Below, piece after piece: positions 1-8,969 of a stretch of 59,440 nt of DNA. The DNA is taken from the NCBI GenBank assembly GCA_045632065.1, contig JAZQWA010000087.1, forward strand, positions 1-59,440, given 5' to 3'. The notes below the pieces were generated by a model that searched no databases, was not told the DNA's origin, and saw only the letters and a list, made by a program, of their open reading frames with translations. The translations under genes and the position numbers were made by a program. The first letter of the stretch is position 1; every line of letters starts with the position of its first letter. The stretch is from Eubacteriales bacterium. Lineage in GTDB: Bacteria > Bacillota > Clostridia > Oscillospirales > CAG-272.

Positions 1-53
1 CAAAGTCCTACCTTTATGCCTGTTCCGCCAAGGTCAATTCCAATAGTATACAC
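1..53 (-). CDS. ROK family sugar kinase (glucokinase-like), 5' end only, runs off the window
   Basis: Not in the ORF track. The minus strand reads GGAGG-tttacc-GTG, then MYTIGIDLGGTGIKVGL; GIDLGGT is the N-terminal ATP-binding motif of ROK kinases. Confidence 0.85.
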   Translation of the reverse strand, partial: MYTIGIDLGGTGIKVGL

Positions 54-81
54 GGTAAACCTCCAAAATTCTGATATTTTA

Positions 82-110
82 ATTATATTAGAAAAGCCCC
101 TCGTTGTCAA
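82..110 (-). promoter_or_regulatory. sigmaA promoter of the ROK kinase gene
   Basis: Minus strand TTGACA (110-105), 17 bp spacer, TATAAT (87-82): perfect consensus. Confidence 0.8.
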
Positions 111-169
111 GCATAATTGCACAAAAAGATTGGTTCACAAAAAATTAACATTTTACATTTATAAATCTA

Positions 170-198
170 TTGCAATCTTTACAAAAATAGTATACAAT
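170..198 (+). promoter_or_regulatory. sigmaA promoter of iscS-iscU
   Basis: TTGCAA (170-175), 17 bp spacer, TACAAT (193-198); divergent from the ROK promoter. Confidence 0.6.
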
Positions 199-239
199 AT
201 AATCCGGTAAAATAATAATATAAAAAGGGGATAAAAACC

Positions 240-1424
240 TTGAAGAGAATTGTATATGCTGACAATGCAGCTACCACACCGGTCAGCCGTGAGGTTATAG
301 ATGCTATGATGCCTTGCTTCGAGAGCGATTTTGGTAATCCCTCAAGCCCCCATTCGCTTGGTATCGAGGCAAAGGATATTCTTGATGATGCCAGAGCGCG
401 TATTGCAGACGTTCTCGGCTGCAGCGCAGGTGAGATTTACTTCACCAGCGGTGGTACAGAGGCTGATAACTGGGCAATCAGAGGCGCGGCAATGCGTATG
501 CGTGCAAAGGGCAGAAATCATATTGTTACAAGCAAAATTGAGCATCACGCAGTGCTTCATACTTGTGAGGCGCTGGAAAAAGAGGGATTTGAGGTCAGCT
601 ACGTTGGCGTTGATAAGTACGGCGTGGTTGATTTGGACGAGCTTGCACGCGTTGTTACTGATAAAACGGCCGTTGTGGCAATAATGTTTGCCAACAACGA
701 GATTGGTACTATCGAGCCTATTGAAAAAATCTGTGAAATCGCTCACGCAAAGGGCGCTCTTATGTTTACCGACGCCGTTCAGGCGGTTGGTAACGTTGAT
801 ATTGATCTCTCCAAGATAAAGGTTGATATGCTCGCTCTTTCGGGACATAAGCTTCATGCTCCAAAGGGCATTGGTCTGCTCTTTATCAGAAAGGGTGTTG
901 TAATTAACAATCTTATTGAGGGCGGAGGACAGGAGAAGCGTAAGAGAGGCGGCACAGAGAACGTTCCTTATATCGTAGGACTTGCCAAGGCGCTTGAACT
1001 TGCAAAGGAAAATATGAAAGAGCTTCCCAGAGTTGCAAAAATGCGTGACAGACTTATTGAGGAGCTTACGAAAATTCCATATTCTTCGCTTAACGGCCAC
1101 CCTACAAACCGTCTGCCCGGCCTTGTAAACGTAGGTTTTGAGTTTATCGAAGGCGAGAGTATGCTTCTTTGGCTTGATATGGCGGGAATCTGTGCATCCA
1201 CAGGCTCTGCCTGCTCATCCGCATCGCTTGACCCGTCTCACGTGCTTTTGGCGACAGGAGTGCCTCATGAAAAGGCTCACGGCTCACTCAGACTCTCTAT
1301 ATCCAAGGATACAACCGATGAGGATATAGATTATATCATTGAAAACGTTGCTCCCATAGTAGAAAGACTCCGTAATATGAGTCCTCTTTGGGAGGAAGTA
1401 GTAAAAAAGGACGCCTTGGTGTAA
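240..1424 (+). CDS. iscS: Cysteine desulfurase (IscS/NifS type)
   Basis: YADNAATTP, GNPSS, FTSGGTEADN, PLP lysine motif SGHKLHAPKG, catalytic STGSACSS; TTG start. Confidence 0.96.
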   Translation: MKRIVYADNAATTPVSREVIDAMMPCFESDFGNPSSPHSLGIEAKDILDDARARIADVLGCSAGEIYFTSGGTEADNWAIRGAAMRMRAKGRNHIVTSKIEHHAVLHTCEALEKEGFEVSYVGVDKYGVVDLDELARVVTDKTAVVAIMFANNEIGTIEPIEKICEIAHAKGALMFTDAVQAVGNVDIDLSKIKVDMLALSGHKLHAPKGIGLLFIRKGVVINNLIEGGGQEKRKRGGTENVPYIVGLAKALELAKENMKELPRVAKMRDRLIEELTKIPYSSLNGHPTNRLPGLVNVGFEFIEGESMLLWLDMAGICASTGSACSSASLDPSHVLLATGVPHEKAHGSLRLSISKDTTDEDIDYIIENVAPIVERLRNMSPLWEEVVKKDALV

Positions 1425-1454
1425 TAAAAGGCAGTTTCAGGAAAGGAAATTAAA

Positions 1455-1871
1455 ATGAAATACAGCGAAAAGGTTATGGACCACTTCACCAATCCCAGAA
1501 ACGTTGGTGAAATCGAGAATGCCGACGGCGTTGGCGTAGTAGGCAACGCAAAGTGCGGCGATATTATGAAAATGTATCTTAAGATTGATGAAAACGACGT
1601 TATTACCGACTGTAAGTTTAAGACGTTCGGATGCGGCGCGGCTATTGCAACCTCATCTATGGCAACCGAGCTTGTAAAGGGACACACCATTAAGGAGGCT
1701 CTCGAGCTTACAAATCAGGTGGTTGTCGAGGCTCTTGACGGACTTCCTCCCGTAAAGGTACACTGTTCTGTTCTTGCCGAGGAGGCTATTAAAACCGCAG
1801 TTGCTGACTACTATAAAAAGATTGGCAGAGAGGTCGATTTCGAAATCGAAAAAGCTCACGAAGAAGAGTAA
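1455..1871 (+). CDS. iscU: Fe-S cluster scaffold protein (IscU/NifU N-terminal type)
   Basis: YSEKVMDHFTNPRNVG, CGD, FGCGAAIA, LPPVKVHCS; directly after iscS. Confidence 0.96.
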   Translation: MKYSEKVMDHFTNPRNVGEIENADGVGVVGNAKCGDIMKMYLKIDENDVITDCKFKTFGCGAAIATSSMATELVKGHTIKEALELTNQVVVEALDGLPPVKVHCSVLAEEAIKTAVADYYKKIGREVDFEIEKAHEEE

Positions 1872-1897
1872 AATGCCATAAAATGAGAACAAATATT

Positions 1898-1936
1898 TGC
1901 AAAATTCCCGCTTTTTGCAGGAATTTTGCATTTTTT
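1898..1936 (+). terminator. Intrinsic terminator after iscU
   Basis: TGCAAAATTCC...GGAATTTTGCA inverted repeat followed by TTTTTT. Confidence 0.7.
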
Positions 1937-1950
1937 GGAGATAAAGATTT

Positions 1951-2976
1951 ATGAAAATTCTTGTAGGAATTAGTGGCGGTGTTGACAGCGCATACACAGC
2001 GAGAAAGCTTATCGACCAAGGTCACAAGGTCGAGGGCGCAGTACTTGTTATGCATGAATATACCGAGATAGGCGCTGCCAGAGAAGCGTCAGAATCGGTA
2101 GGCATCAGACTGCATGAGATTGACTGTCGCGCGCCCTTCAATCAGGTGAAGGAAAATTTTGCTTCCGAATATATAAAAGGAAGAACTCCGAATCCTTGCA
2201 TTATATGTAACGAAAAGGTAAAGTTTAAGTATCTCTATGATTTCGCTATGGAAAACGGCTTTGATGCCATAGCAACAGGCCATTATGCAAAAATAACACA
2301 GGTTAATTGCGAAAATAAACCTCGTTATACGCTTTCGATAGCCGAGGATACAAAAAAAGACCAGACGTATATGCTTTACAGGCTTGGTCAGGACGTGCTC
2401 TCACGCCTTATTTTGCCTCTTTACGAGGGAACAAAGGCGCAAATTCGTGAAAAAGCCGAGGAACAGGGAATTTCGGCGGCAAAAAGGAGCGATAGCCAGG
2501 AAATTTGCTTCTTACCCGAGGGCAATCACCCCGAATATATCGAATCTGTAATGGGCAAATGCGAAAAGGGCAGCTTTATTGATGAAAACGGCAATGTTCT
2601 CGGTGAGCACAGGGGAATTATTCATTACACAGTAGGTCAGCGCAAAGGGCTTGGAATTGCCCTTGGCGAAAGAGTTTTTGTTACAGATATAAATGCCGAG
2701 GATAATACCGTGACTCTCTCTAAGGAATATCCGGGAAAACGGATTGTGAAAATAACCGATATGGTTTACTCCGGAATGACTGAGCCTACCACTCAAAGCT
2801 CTCTTCGAGCCAAGGTAAAGCTGCGTTATTCTGCTCCCTTGGTTGACTGCGAGGCGCGCCTGTATCCCGATAAAACAGCTGAGCTTATTCTTGATGAGCC
2901 ACAGCGATTTTCACCCGGGCAATCTGCAGTTTTATACCTCAACGACTTCGTTATTTGCGGCGGTTTTATAGTATAA
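1951..2976 (+). CDS. mnmA: tRNA 2-thiouridine(34) synthase
   Basis: SGGVDS, TPNPCIICN, ATGHYA, KDQTYML, DSQEICF, YTVGQRKGLG, SPGQSAVLY. Confidence 0.96.
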   Translation: MKILVGISGGVDSAYTARKLIDQGHKVEGAVLVMHEYTEIGAAREASESVGIRLHEIDCRAPFNQVKENFASEYIKGRTPNPCIICNEKVKFKYLYDFAMENGFDAIATGHYAKITQVNCENKPRYTLSIAEDTKKDQTYMLYRLGQDVLSRLILPLYEGTKAQIREKAEEQGISAAKRSDSQEICFLPEGNHPEYIESVMGKCEKGSFIDENGNVLGEHRGIIHYTVGQRKGLGIALGERVFVTDINAEDNTVTLSKEYPGKRIVKITDMVYSGMTEPTTQSSLRAKVKLRYSAPLVDCEARLYPDKTAELILDEPQRFSPGQSAVLYLNDFVICGGFIV

Positions 2977-3034
2977 TAGCGACTGAAATGCACGCAGCTT
3001 TTGACCACCCAAAAATAAAATAAAGTATAAAAAT

Positions 3035-3077
3035 ACAACCGATGACTCTGAAAAATGGGTTTTCGGTTGTTTTTTTT
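3035..3077 (+). terminator. Intrinsic terminator after mnmA
   Basis: ACAACCGA...TCGGTTGT stem followed by a T tract. Confidence 0.65.
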
Positions 3078-3374
3078 GTGAAAATGAGGTGTAGAAATTT
3101 TTGTTCAAATTTTGTGCAACATTAACAGAGGATGGAATAAATGCATTTTGGTAATTTTTTTATAGCAGAAATGTAAAAATAATTTACCTTTGCACTAAAA
3201 CCCAAAATTTATCGTGAAAAAACGTTGCAGAAAAGTAAATTGAATTTACTTCACCGCCTCGATAACTTTTTTATGTCCCGAGGCGCGTAAACAACTATTT
3301 ACATTTAATTTTTTTAAAATCATTTTTCCACTTAAACAAAGTTTCCTTATATATATTATATAATAAAATGATTC

Positions 3375-3403
3375 TTGACTATTTTTGTCACGTGTGATAT
3401 AAT
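3375..3403 (+). promoter_or_regulatory. Extended -10 sigmaA promoter of the transport operon
   Basis: TTGACT (3375-3380), 17 bp spacer, TATAAT (3398-3403) preceded by TG at 3395-3396. Confidence 0.8.
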
Positions 3404-3466
3404 GCTTTTGTAATACGCGGGCGTAATACGCCTGTTTGCGGATTAAATATTTGGAGGAAATTGCAA

Positions 3467-6400
3467 ATGAAAAGAAAATTGTTTCAGAGGGCTGTTTGCT
3501 TAATACTTTCTGTTACGACCTTCCTTGGCGCATTTGGTATAACCACGTCGGCTGCCGGCTCAACCCAGTCTAATACGAACTCGGGTACTGCCGCAACTCT
3601 CGACCAGATGTCTGCGCTCCTTGGTATGTCCAGCTATGCAGAGTATTCGAGCAGATACAACCCTGCGGATTGGAACAAGCAGCTGTCCGAAATCGTTATT
3701 GCAGGTGATGACTTGTTTAAGTTTACCGGCAATGCGGGTTCTATAACCAAGGATAGCCAAGAATGCTTGGATTCGTTTACCGCTGATCCTTCCAATTGGG
3801 AGAATTTCACAGAATCTGATTGGAATAACACGGTTTACGTTCCTACCGTTTCAAACGACGGTAAGCAGGCTGCAAGTATTACCTGGCAGTTTGAGCTCAG
3901 CGAGGCTCAGACAGGACTTTATCACATTGAAATCGAGTATTTCAACTGTGTAATTTCCAAGAGCGATATTGGTAATAAGAGTAGCGTAAGCTCTATTGAG
4001 AAGGCCTTAAAAATCGACGGTAAGGTGCCCTTTGACGAGGCGAGCAGTCTTACCTTTGATAAGCACTGGGCTTATAACAACATCTCGGTGAGCGACCCCA
4101 CCCCCGTAACAGACGGTGAGTACACCGAAGCTGGTACCTACGTTAGCTACGAGCGTATCAACAAGTACAAGGGTGACGAGACAGAGAAGAACGGCTATTA
4201 CAAGTATTCCACCAAGGTATACTCCGAGAATGGCGTTCTTATGAAGCAGACTACAACCTACAAAATTAAAGAGGATATCAACGGTAACTCCATTTCCCCT
4301 GAAATTCAGGAGCTTTCCGTTTGGAGTACATATATTTGTAGAGATACCACCGGCTATCACGACGGTTATTTCACATTCCTCTTTGACGAGGACAAAACAT
4401 ATAGCCTCACTCTCGAATCCCAGCGTGAGCCTATCATTATCAAGTCTATCAAGCTTGTTCCCGCAGGTAATGCGCAGAGCAGCATTCCCTCTTACGAGGA
4501 ATATCTTGAGAAGTATAAGGATAAGCCTAATGCAAAGGGTGATATTACCTTTATTCAGACAGAGTTCCCGGACGCAGTATCCGACTCAGCGGTTGCGCCC
4601 TCTAACGACAACTCCTCTGCGGTTAACTATCCCATCTCCTCTTCCTCACAGCTCTTCAACGTTATCGGAGAGACCGGCTTCAGCGCGGTAGGACAGTGGG
4701 CTGCGTATAAGTTTACCGTAAATGAGAGCGGTATGTATAACCTTTCGATGAGATATTTGCAGGATACCCTCCAGGGTATGTTTGTTTGCCGTTCCATTAA
4801 GCTTGCGGGCGGTGACTACGGCCTTGCAGACGGAAGCCCTGCTTCTCCTTATCGCGAGGCGCAGATGATTCGTCTTGACTATAACAAGAAATGGCAGTCG
4901 GATCTTCTCGGCTATTACGTTTACAAGGATGTAAACGGCAACGTTATCAGCTCTGCCGACACTCACGCGATTGACGGCAAGTTTGTTGATAACAACGGCA
5001 ACCCCGTAAGCATTGAGAAGGTTGACTGTAAGTTCTACTTTGAGGCAGGCGTTGAGTACACAATCTATCTTGAGTGCTCGCTTGGCTCCCTTAGAGAATA
5101 CATAGAGAGAGCAGAGACCTCGCTTGCTAAAATCAACGAGTGCTACCTGCAGATTCTCCAGCGTACAGGCTCTGAGCCTGACCCCAACACCGACTACCTC
5201 TTCTACGAGGTTATGCCCGAGGTTCTCGTAACTCTGCTTAACGAGGCAGAGGAGCTTAACGATATCGCGAGAAGCCTTGAGGCTCTTTGCGGAACGACGG
5301 GCTCGCATATCGCCACCCTTGATACCGTAGTGCGTGTGCTTCGCATTATGGGCGCTGATTACGGTGACGAGATTGCGGCTAACCTGTCCAACCTCAAAAC
5401 ATATCTCGGTACTCTCGGTACCTGGATTAACGATTCGAAGCAGGGCGCGGTTACCATTGACAGCATGGGCATCGTTCCTGTTGAAACAGAGGAAAAGCTT
5501 CCCAAGGCAAAGGCAGGCTTCTTCCGTTCTTTGTGGTTTGAAATTTGCTCCTTCATATATTCGTTCTTCACCAACTACGACCAGATGGGTCTTACCAAGG
5601 TTCCTGAAAAGGGAAAGGAGGCTGTATCGGTTTGGTTTGCAGCAGGACGTGACCAGTCGCAGATATGGCGTTCTATGGTTGACTCCGACGACGGCTTCAC
5701 CAACACTTACAACACAGCGGTTGAGCTTAAGCTCGTAACCAGCGGTACGCTTCTGCCCTCGATTCTTTCGGGTAACGGTCCTGACGTATACATGGGACTC
5801 AGCTCTGCTGATGTAATTAACTACGCTATCAGAAGTGCGGTAATCGGTATCAGCGGTAATGACAACAAGAATCTCAGCGAGGACGAAAACGTTATCTTCC
5901 GTTCCTACGTTTATGAAAATGGGGCAGGGGATAAGGTGTTTGTTGAGCAAACTCCCGCAGGCCCTGTTTACAGAAAGCAGTCGGGTGATAAATTTGTTGT
6001 TATGAATGCTGCCGAGGCGCAGACATTCTCTGCAAATATAGACTCCTACAAGCTTGTTTCGCTCCCCTATCACGTTATAACCGGTGAGGAGAACTTTGCT
6101 CCCGCTGCGGTAAGCACTCTCGAGCTTCTTGAGGTTTATTACGGCGTTCCCAACACCATGAACTTCGCAATGATGTTCTATCGTATGGACGTTCTTGCTC
6201 AGCTCGGTCTTGAGGTTCCTGAGTCCTGGAATGAGCTTATCTCCATGCTCTCCGAGCTTCAGACCAAGAATATGTCTATTGGTGTATCTTATATCTCAGC
6301 TCTTGACTTTATGATGTACCAGATGGGCGGTAATATGTGGAAGTACACCGACGCATCGGTTTATGATCCCATTTATGCAGGCTCGAAGATCGACCTTGAT

Positions 6401-7087
6401 TCTCCTATCGCAATCGAGGCGTTTGAGTTCGTATGCCGACTTTACACCGACTATTCGCTTCCTGTAAGCTACGATGCAGCTAACCGTTTCAGAACGGGTG
6501 AGATGCCTATCGTTATCGGAAGCTATGAGGCGATTTACAACACTCTCGTTGTATACGCTACCGAAATCGAAGGACGTTGGGAGTTCTGTCCGCTTCCCGG
6601 CTCGAAGAACGAGTTTGAGGAGGACGGCTTCAATTACGATTCTCTTGCAACCGTTTCCGCAACCGTAATTCTTAACGGCTGTGACGACCTTCTTACTGCA
6701 TGGCAGTTCGTTCAGTGGCAGACCAGCGCTTCGGTACAGGCTGAATACGGTAACAGAATAGTTGCCCTTATCGGTCCTGCAGCGAAGTATGAGACTGCAA
6801 ACGTTCAGGCTATCAACGACCTGTCCTGGACAGCAAGAGAGAAGGCTGCTATTAAGGACCAGATGGCTAACCTTAACGCAATCAAGAACTATCCCGGTTC
6901 TTACATCTATTCAAGATATATGAAGTTTGCATTCCTTGATGCATACAACAACGGCGCAGATCCCTATGAGGCAATGATGTCTTATATTCCTGCTATTAAC
7001 GCAGAAATTGAGCGTAAGCGTCAGGAGTTCGACCTCCCTGTTGCAGAAACAGCAGAGGACGCGCTCCGTCAGATTACACAAAACTAA
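3467..7087 (+). CDS. Very large extracellular solute-binding protein of a carbohydrate ABC transporter (CBM-like N-terminal domains plus C-terminal family 1 SBP domain)
   Basis: Sec signal peptide; two beta-sandwich-like segments (ITWQFELSEAQTGLYHIEIEY, GQWAAYKFTVNESGMYNLSMRY); SBP motifs LLPSILSGNGPDV, MFYRMDVL, VPESWNEL, FRTGEMPIVI, WEFCPLPG, AWQFVQW. ATG 3467 fits GGAGG (3453-3457) better than TTG 3461. Confidence 0.88.
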   Translation: MKRKLFQRAVCLILSVTTFLGAFGITTSAAGSTQSNTNSGTAATLDQMSALLGMSSYAEYSSRYNPADWNKQLSEIVIAGDDLFKFTGNAGSITKDSQECLDSFTADPSNWENFTESDWNNTVYVPTVSNDGKQAASITWQFELSEAQTGLYHIEIEYFNCVISKSDIGNKSSVSSIEKALKIDGKVPFDEASSLTFDKHWAYNNISVSDPTPVTDGEYTEAGTYVSYERINKYKGDETEKNGYYKYSTKVYSENGVLMKQTTTYKIKEDINGNSISPEIQELSVWSTYICRDTTGYHDGYFTFLFDEDKTYSLTLESQREPIIIKSIKLVPAGNAQSSIPSYEEYLEKYKDKPNAKGDITFIQTEFPDAVSDSAVAPSNDNSSAVNYPISSSSQLFNVIGETGFSAVGQWAAYKFTVNESGMYNLSMRYLQDTLQGMFVCRSIKLAGGDYGLADGSPASPYREAQMIRLDYNKKWQSDLLGYYVYKDVNGNVISSADTHAIDGKFVDNNGNPVSIEKVDCKFYFEAGVEYTIYLECSLGSLREYIERAETSLAKINECYLQILQRTGSEPDPNTDYLFYEVMPEVLVTLLNEAEELNDIARSLEALCGTTGSHIATLDTVVRVLRIMGADYGDEIAANLSNLKTYLGTLGTWINDSKQGAVTIDSMGIVPVETEEKLPKAKAGFFRSLWFEICSFIYSFFTNYDQMGLTKVPEKGKEAVSVWFAAGRDQSQIWRSMVDSDDGFTNTYNTAVELKLVTSGTLLPSILSGNGPDVYMGLSSADVINYAIRSAVIGISGNDNKNLSEDENVIFRSYVYENGAGDKVFVEQTPAGPVYRKQSGDKFVVMNAAEAQTFSANIDSYKLVSLPYHVITGEENFAPAAVSTLELLEVYYGVPNTMNFAMMFYRMDVLAQLGLEVPESWNELISMLSELQTKNMSIGVSYISALDFMMYQMGGNMWKYTDASVYDPIYAGSKIDLDSPIAIEAFEFVCRLYTDYSLPVSYDAANRFRTGEMPIVIGSYEAIYNTLVVYATEIEGRWEFCPLPGSKNEFEEDGFNYDSLATVSATVILNGCDDLLTAWQFVQWQTSASVQAEYGNRIVALIGPAAKYETANVQAINDLSWTAREKAAIKDQMANLNAIKNYPGSYIYSRYMKFAFLDAYNNGADPYEAMMSYIPAINAEIERKRQEFDLPVAETAEDALRQITQN

Positions 7088-7102
7088 GAAAGGAGCCATA
7101 AT

Positions 7103-8074
7103 ATGTCACTTAAAGTGTCACTTAAACCCAAAGCGCCAGCAGATCCTAACAGACCTGTAGCGCGAGATGAAATGACAAAGCTTCAGTGGACTTGGAAAGA
7201 GATGAAGCGTAATAAGACGGCCTATTTCATGCTGGCTCCGTTCCTTATTCTCTTCATAATCTTCACAGTTTTACCCGTTGTACTTTCGATTTTCTTAAGT
7301 CTTACAGACTTTAACATGCTTGAAATGCCCGGATGGGTTGGAATTGACAACTATACCAGATTGTTCCTTGAGGACGAGATTTTCATGCTCGCCTGCCAGA
7401 ACACTCTGATATTCGCGGCAGTTACCGGTCCCGTATCCTATCTTCTTTCGCTTCTGGTTGCTTGGTTTGTAAACGAGCTTCCTCCTAAGATTCGTGCGGT
7501 AGTAACCCTTATCTTCTATGCTCCCTCCATTTCCGGTCAGGTTTACCTGATTTGGAAGACTCTGTTCTCCTCCGACTCTTACGGTTGGGCAAACGCGACG
7601 ATGATGAACCTCGGTATGATTACCGAGCCTATACTCTGGTTCGAGGATGCAAAATACGTAATGGGACTTTGTATCGTAGTTGCTCTTTGGACATCTCTCG
7701 GTACAGCATTCCTGTCCTTCATCGCCGGCTTCCAGACGGTTGACCGCTCGATGTACGAGGCAGCGGCAGTTGACGGAATCAAGAATCGTTGGCAGGAGCT
7801 TTGGTACATAACTCTTCCCACCATGAGACCGCAGATGATGTTCGGCGCAGTTCTTGCGATTACCAACTCCTTCGGCTTCGGTGGAGTAGTTACCGCGCTT
7901 TGCGGCTTCCCCTCAGTTGACTATGCGGCGCATACCATAATGCACCACCTTGACGACTACGGCGGATTACGTTATGAAATAGGCTATGCATCTGCAATAG
8001 CCGTGGTGCTCTTTATAATAATGTACGGCGCAAACCGCATTATTAAGAAGGCTCTTTCGAAGGTAGGTGAGTGA
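7103..8074 (+). CDS. Carbohydrate ABC transporter permease (MalF/UgpA-like)
   Basis: About 6 hydrophobic segments; GIDNYTRLF; EAA loop MYEAAAVDG..WQELWYITLP. Confidence 0.93.
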   Translation: MSLKVSLKPKAPADPNRPVARDEMTKLQWTWKEMKRNKTAYFMLAPFLILFIIFTVLPVVLSIFLSLTDFNMLEMPGWVGIDNYTRLFLEDEIFMLACQNTLIFAAVTGPVSYLLSLLVAWFVNELPPKIRAVVTLIFYAPSISGQVYLIWKTLFSSDSYGWANATMMNLGMITEPILWFEDAKYVMGLCIVVALWTSLGTAFLSFIAGFQTVDRSMYEAAAVDGIKNRWQELWYITLPTMRPQMMFGAVLAITNSFGFGGVVTALCGFPSVDYAAHTIMHHLDDYGGLRYEIGYASAIAVVLFIIMYGANRIIKKALSKVGE

Positions 8075-8076
8075 TA

Positions 8077-8958
8077 ATGGCAGCAACTAAGAAATTAAGA
8101 ATCAGAAATCACAGAGTCGTACTCAACCGTTCTGCGGGAGGCGACGCAGGCATTACCTTTATGCTCACTCTTTTGGGCATTGTAATGTTTGTACCTATGT
8201 ACTACGTTGTTATCCAGTCGCTCAAGCCCCTGGATGAGCTGTTTATGTTCCCCCCCAGATTCTACGTAAGCAACCCCACATTTGATAACTTTGCCGACCT
8301 GTTCACTCTCATGGGTGACTCCTGGGTACCCTTCTCAAGATACATATTCAATACTGTATTCCTTACCATTTGCGGTACTCTCGGCAACCTTGTATTTGCT
8401 TCAATGGCTGCGTATTCGCTTGCAAAGCTCCGTTTCCCCGGACGTAATGCAATATTCCAGCTTATCGTAACCTCCCTTATGTTCCATTCTACGGTAAACC
8501 AGGTTACTCACTTTATCATTCTTTCTTCCTTTGGATGGATTGATACCTACCTTTCTATTATCGTACCTTCTATGGCAACAACAATGGGTCTTTACCTTAT
8601 GAAGCAGTTCATGGAAACATCGGTGCCCGACACAGTTCTTGAATCTGCAAGACTTGACGGCGCCAGCGAGTTCCGTACGTTCCTTATTATAGCAATGCCT
8701 ATGGTTAAGCCCGCTTGGCTTACCCTTATGATTGAGTGCTTTAAGACGCTTTGGAACTCTGGCTCTTCGATTTACATTCACTCCGAGGAGCTTAAAACCT
8801 TTAACTATGCGATTAACCAGATTGTATCCGGCGGTGTTGCCCGTTCAGGCGCAGGCGCTGCTGCGATTGTAGTTATGATGAGCGTTCCCATCACGATTTT
8901 CGTTATCAACCAGAGTAAGATTATCGAGACCATGGGCTCATCGGGTATGAAGGACTAA
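8077..8958 (+). CDS. Carbohydrate ABC transporter permease (MalG/UgpE-like)
   Basis: SLKP, AAYSLAKLRFPGR, EAA loop LESARLDGASEFRTF; alternative GTG start at 8071. Confidence 0.93.
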   Translation: MAATKKLRIRNHRVVLNRSAGGDAGITFMLTLLGIVMFVPMYYVVIQSLKPLDELFMFPPRFYVSNPTFDNFADLFTLMGDSWVPFSRYIFNTVFLTICGTLGNLVFASMAAYSLAKLRFPGRNAIFQLIVTSLMFHSTVNQVTHFIILSSFGWIDTYLSIIVPSMATTMGLYLMKQFMETSVPDTVLESARLDGASEFRTFLIIAMPMVKPAWLTLMIECFKTLWNSGSSIYIHSEELKTFNYAINQIVSGGVARSGAGAAAIVVMMSVPITIFVINQSKIIETMGSSGMKD

Positions 8959-8969
8959 AAAGGAGGAAT

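Noticed and set aside
16..210. 64-aa plus-strand ORF
   Set aside because: Overlaps the ROK kinase start on the opposite strand and two promoters; no RBS or recognisable motif.
240..1871. nifS/nifU as a nitrogen fixation locus
   Set aside because: No nifHDK; adjacency to mnmA indicates housekeeping Fe-S assembly and tRNA thiolation.
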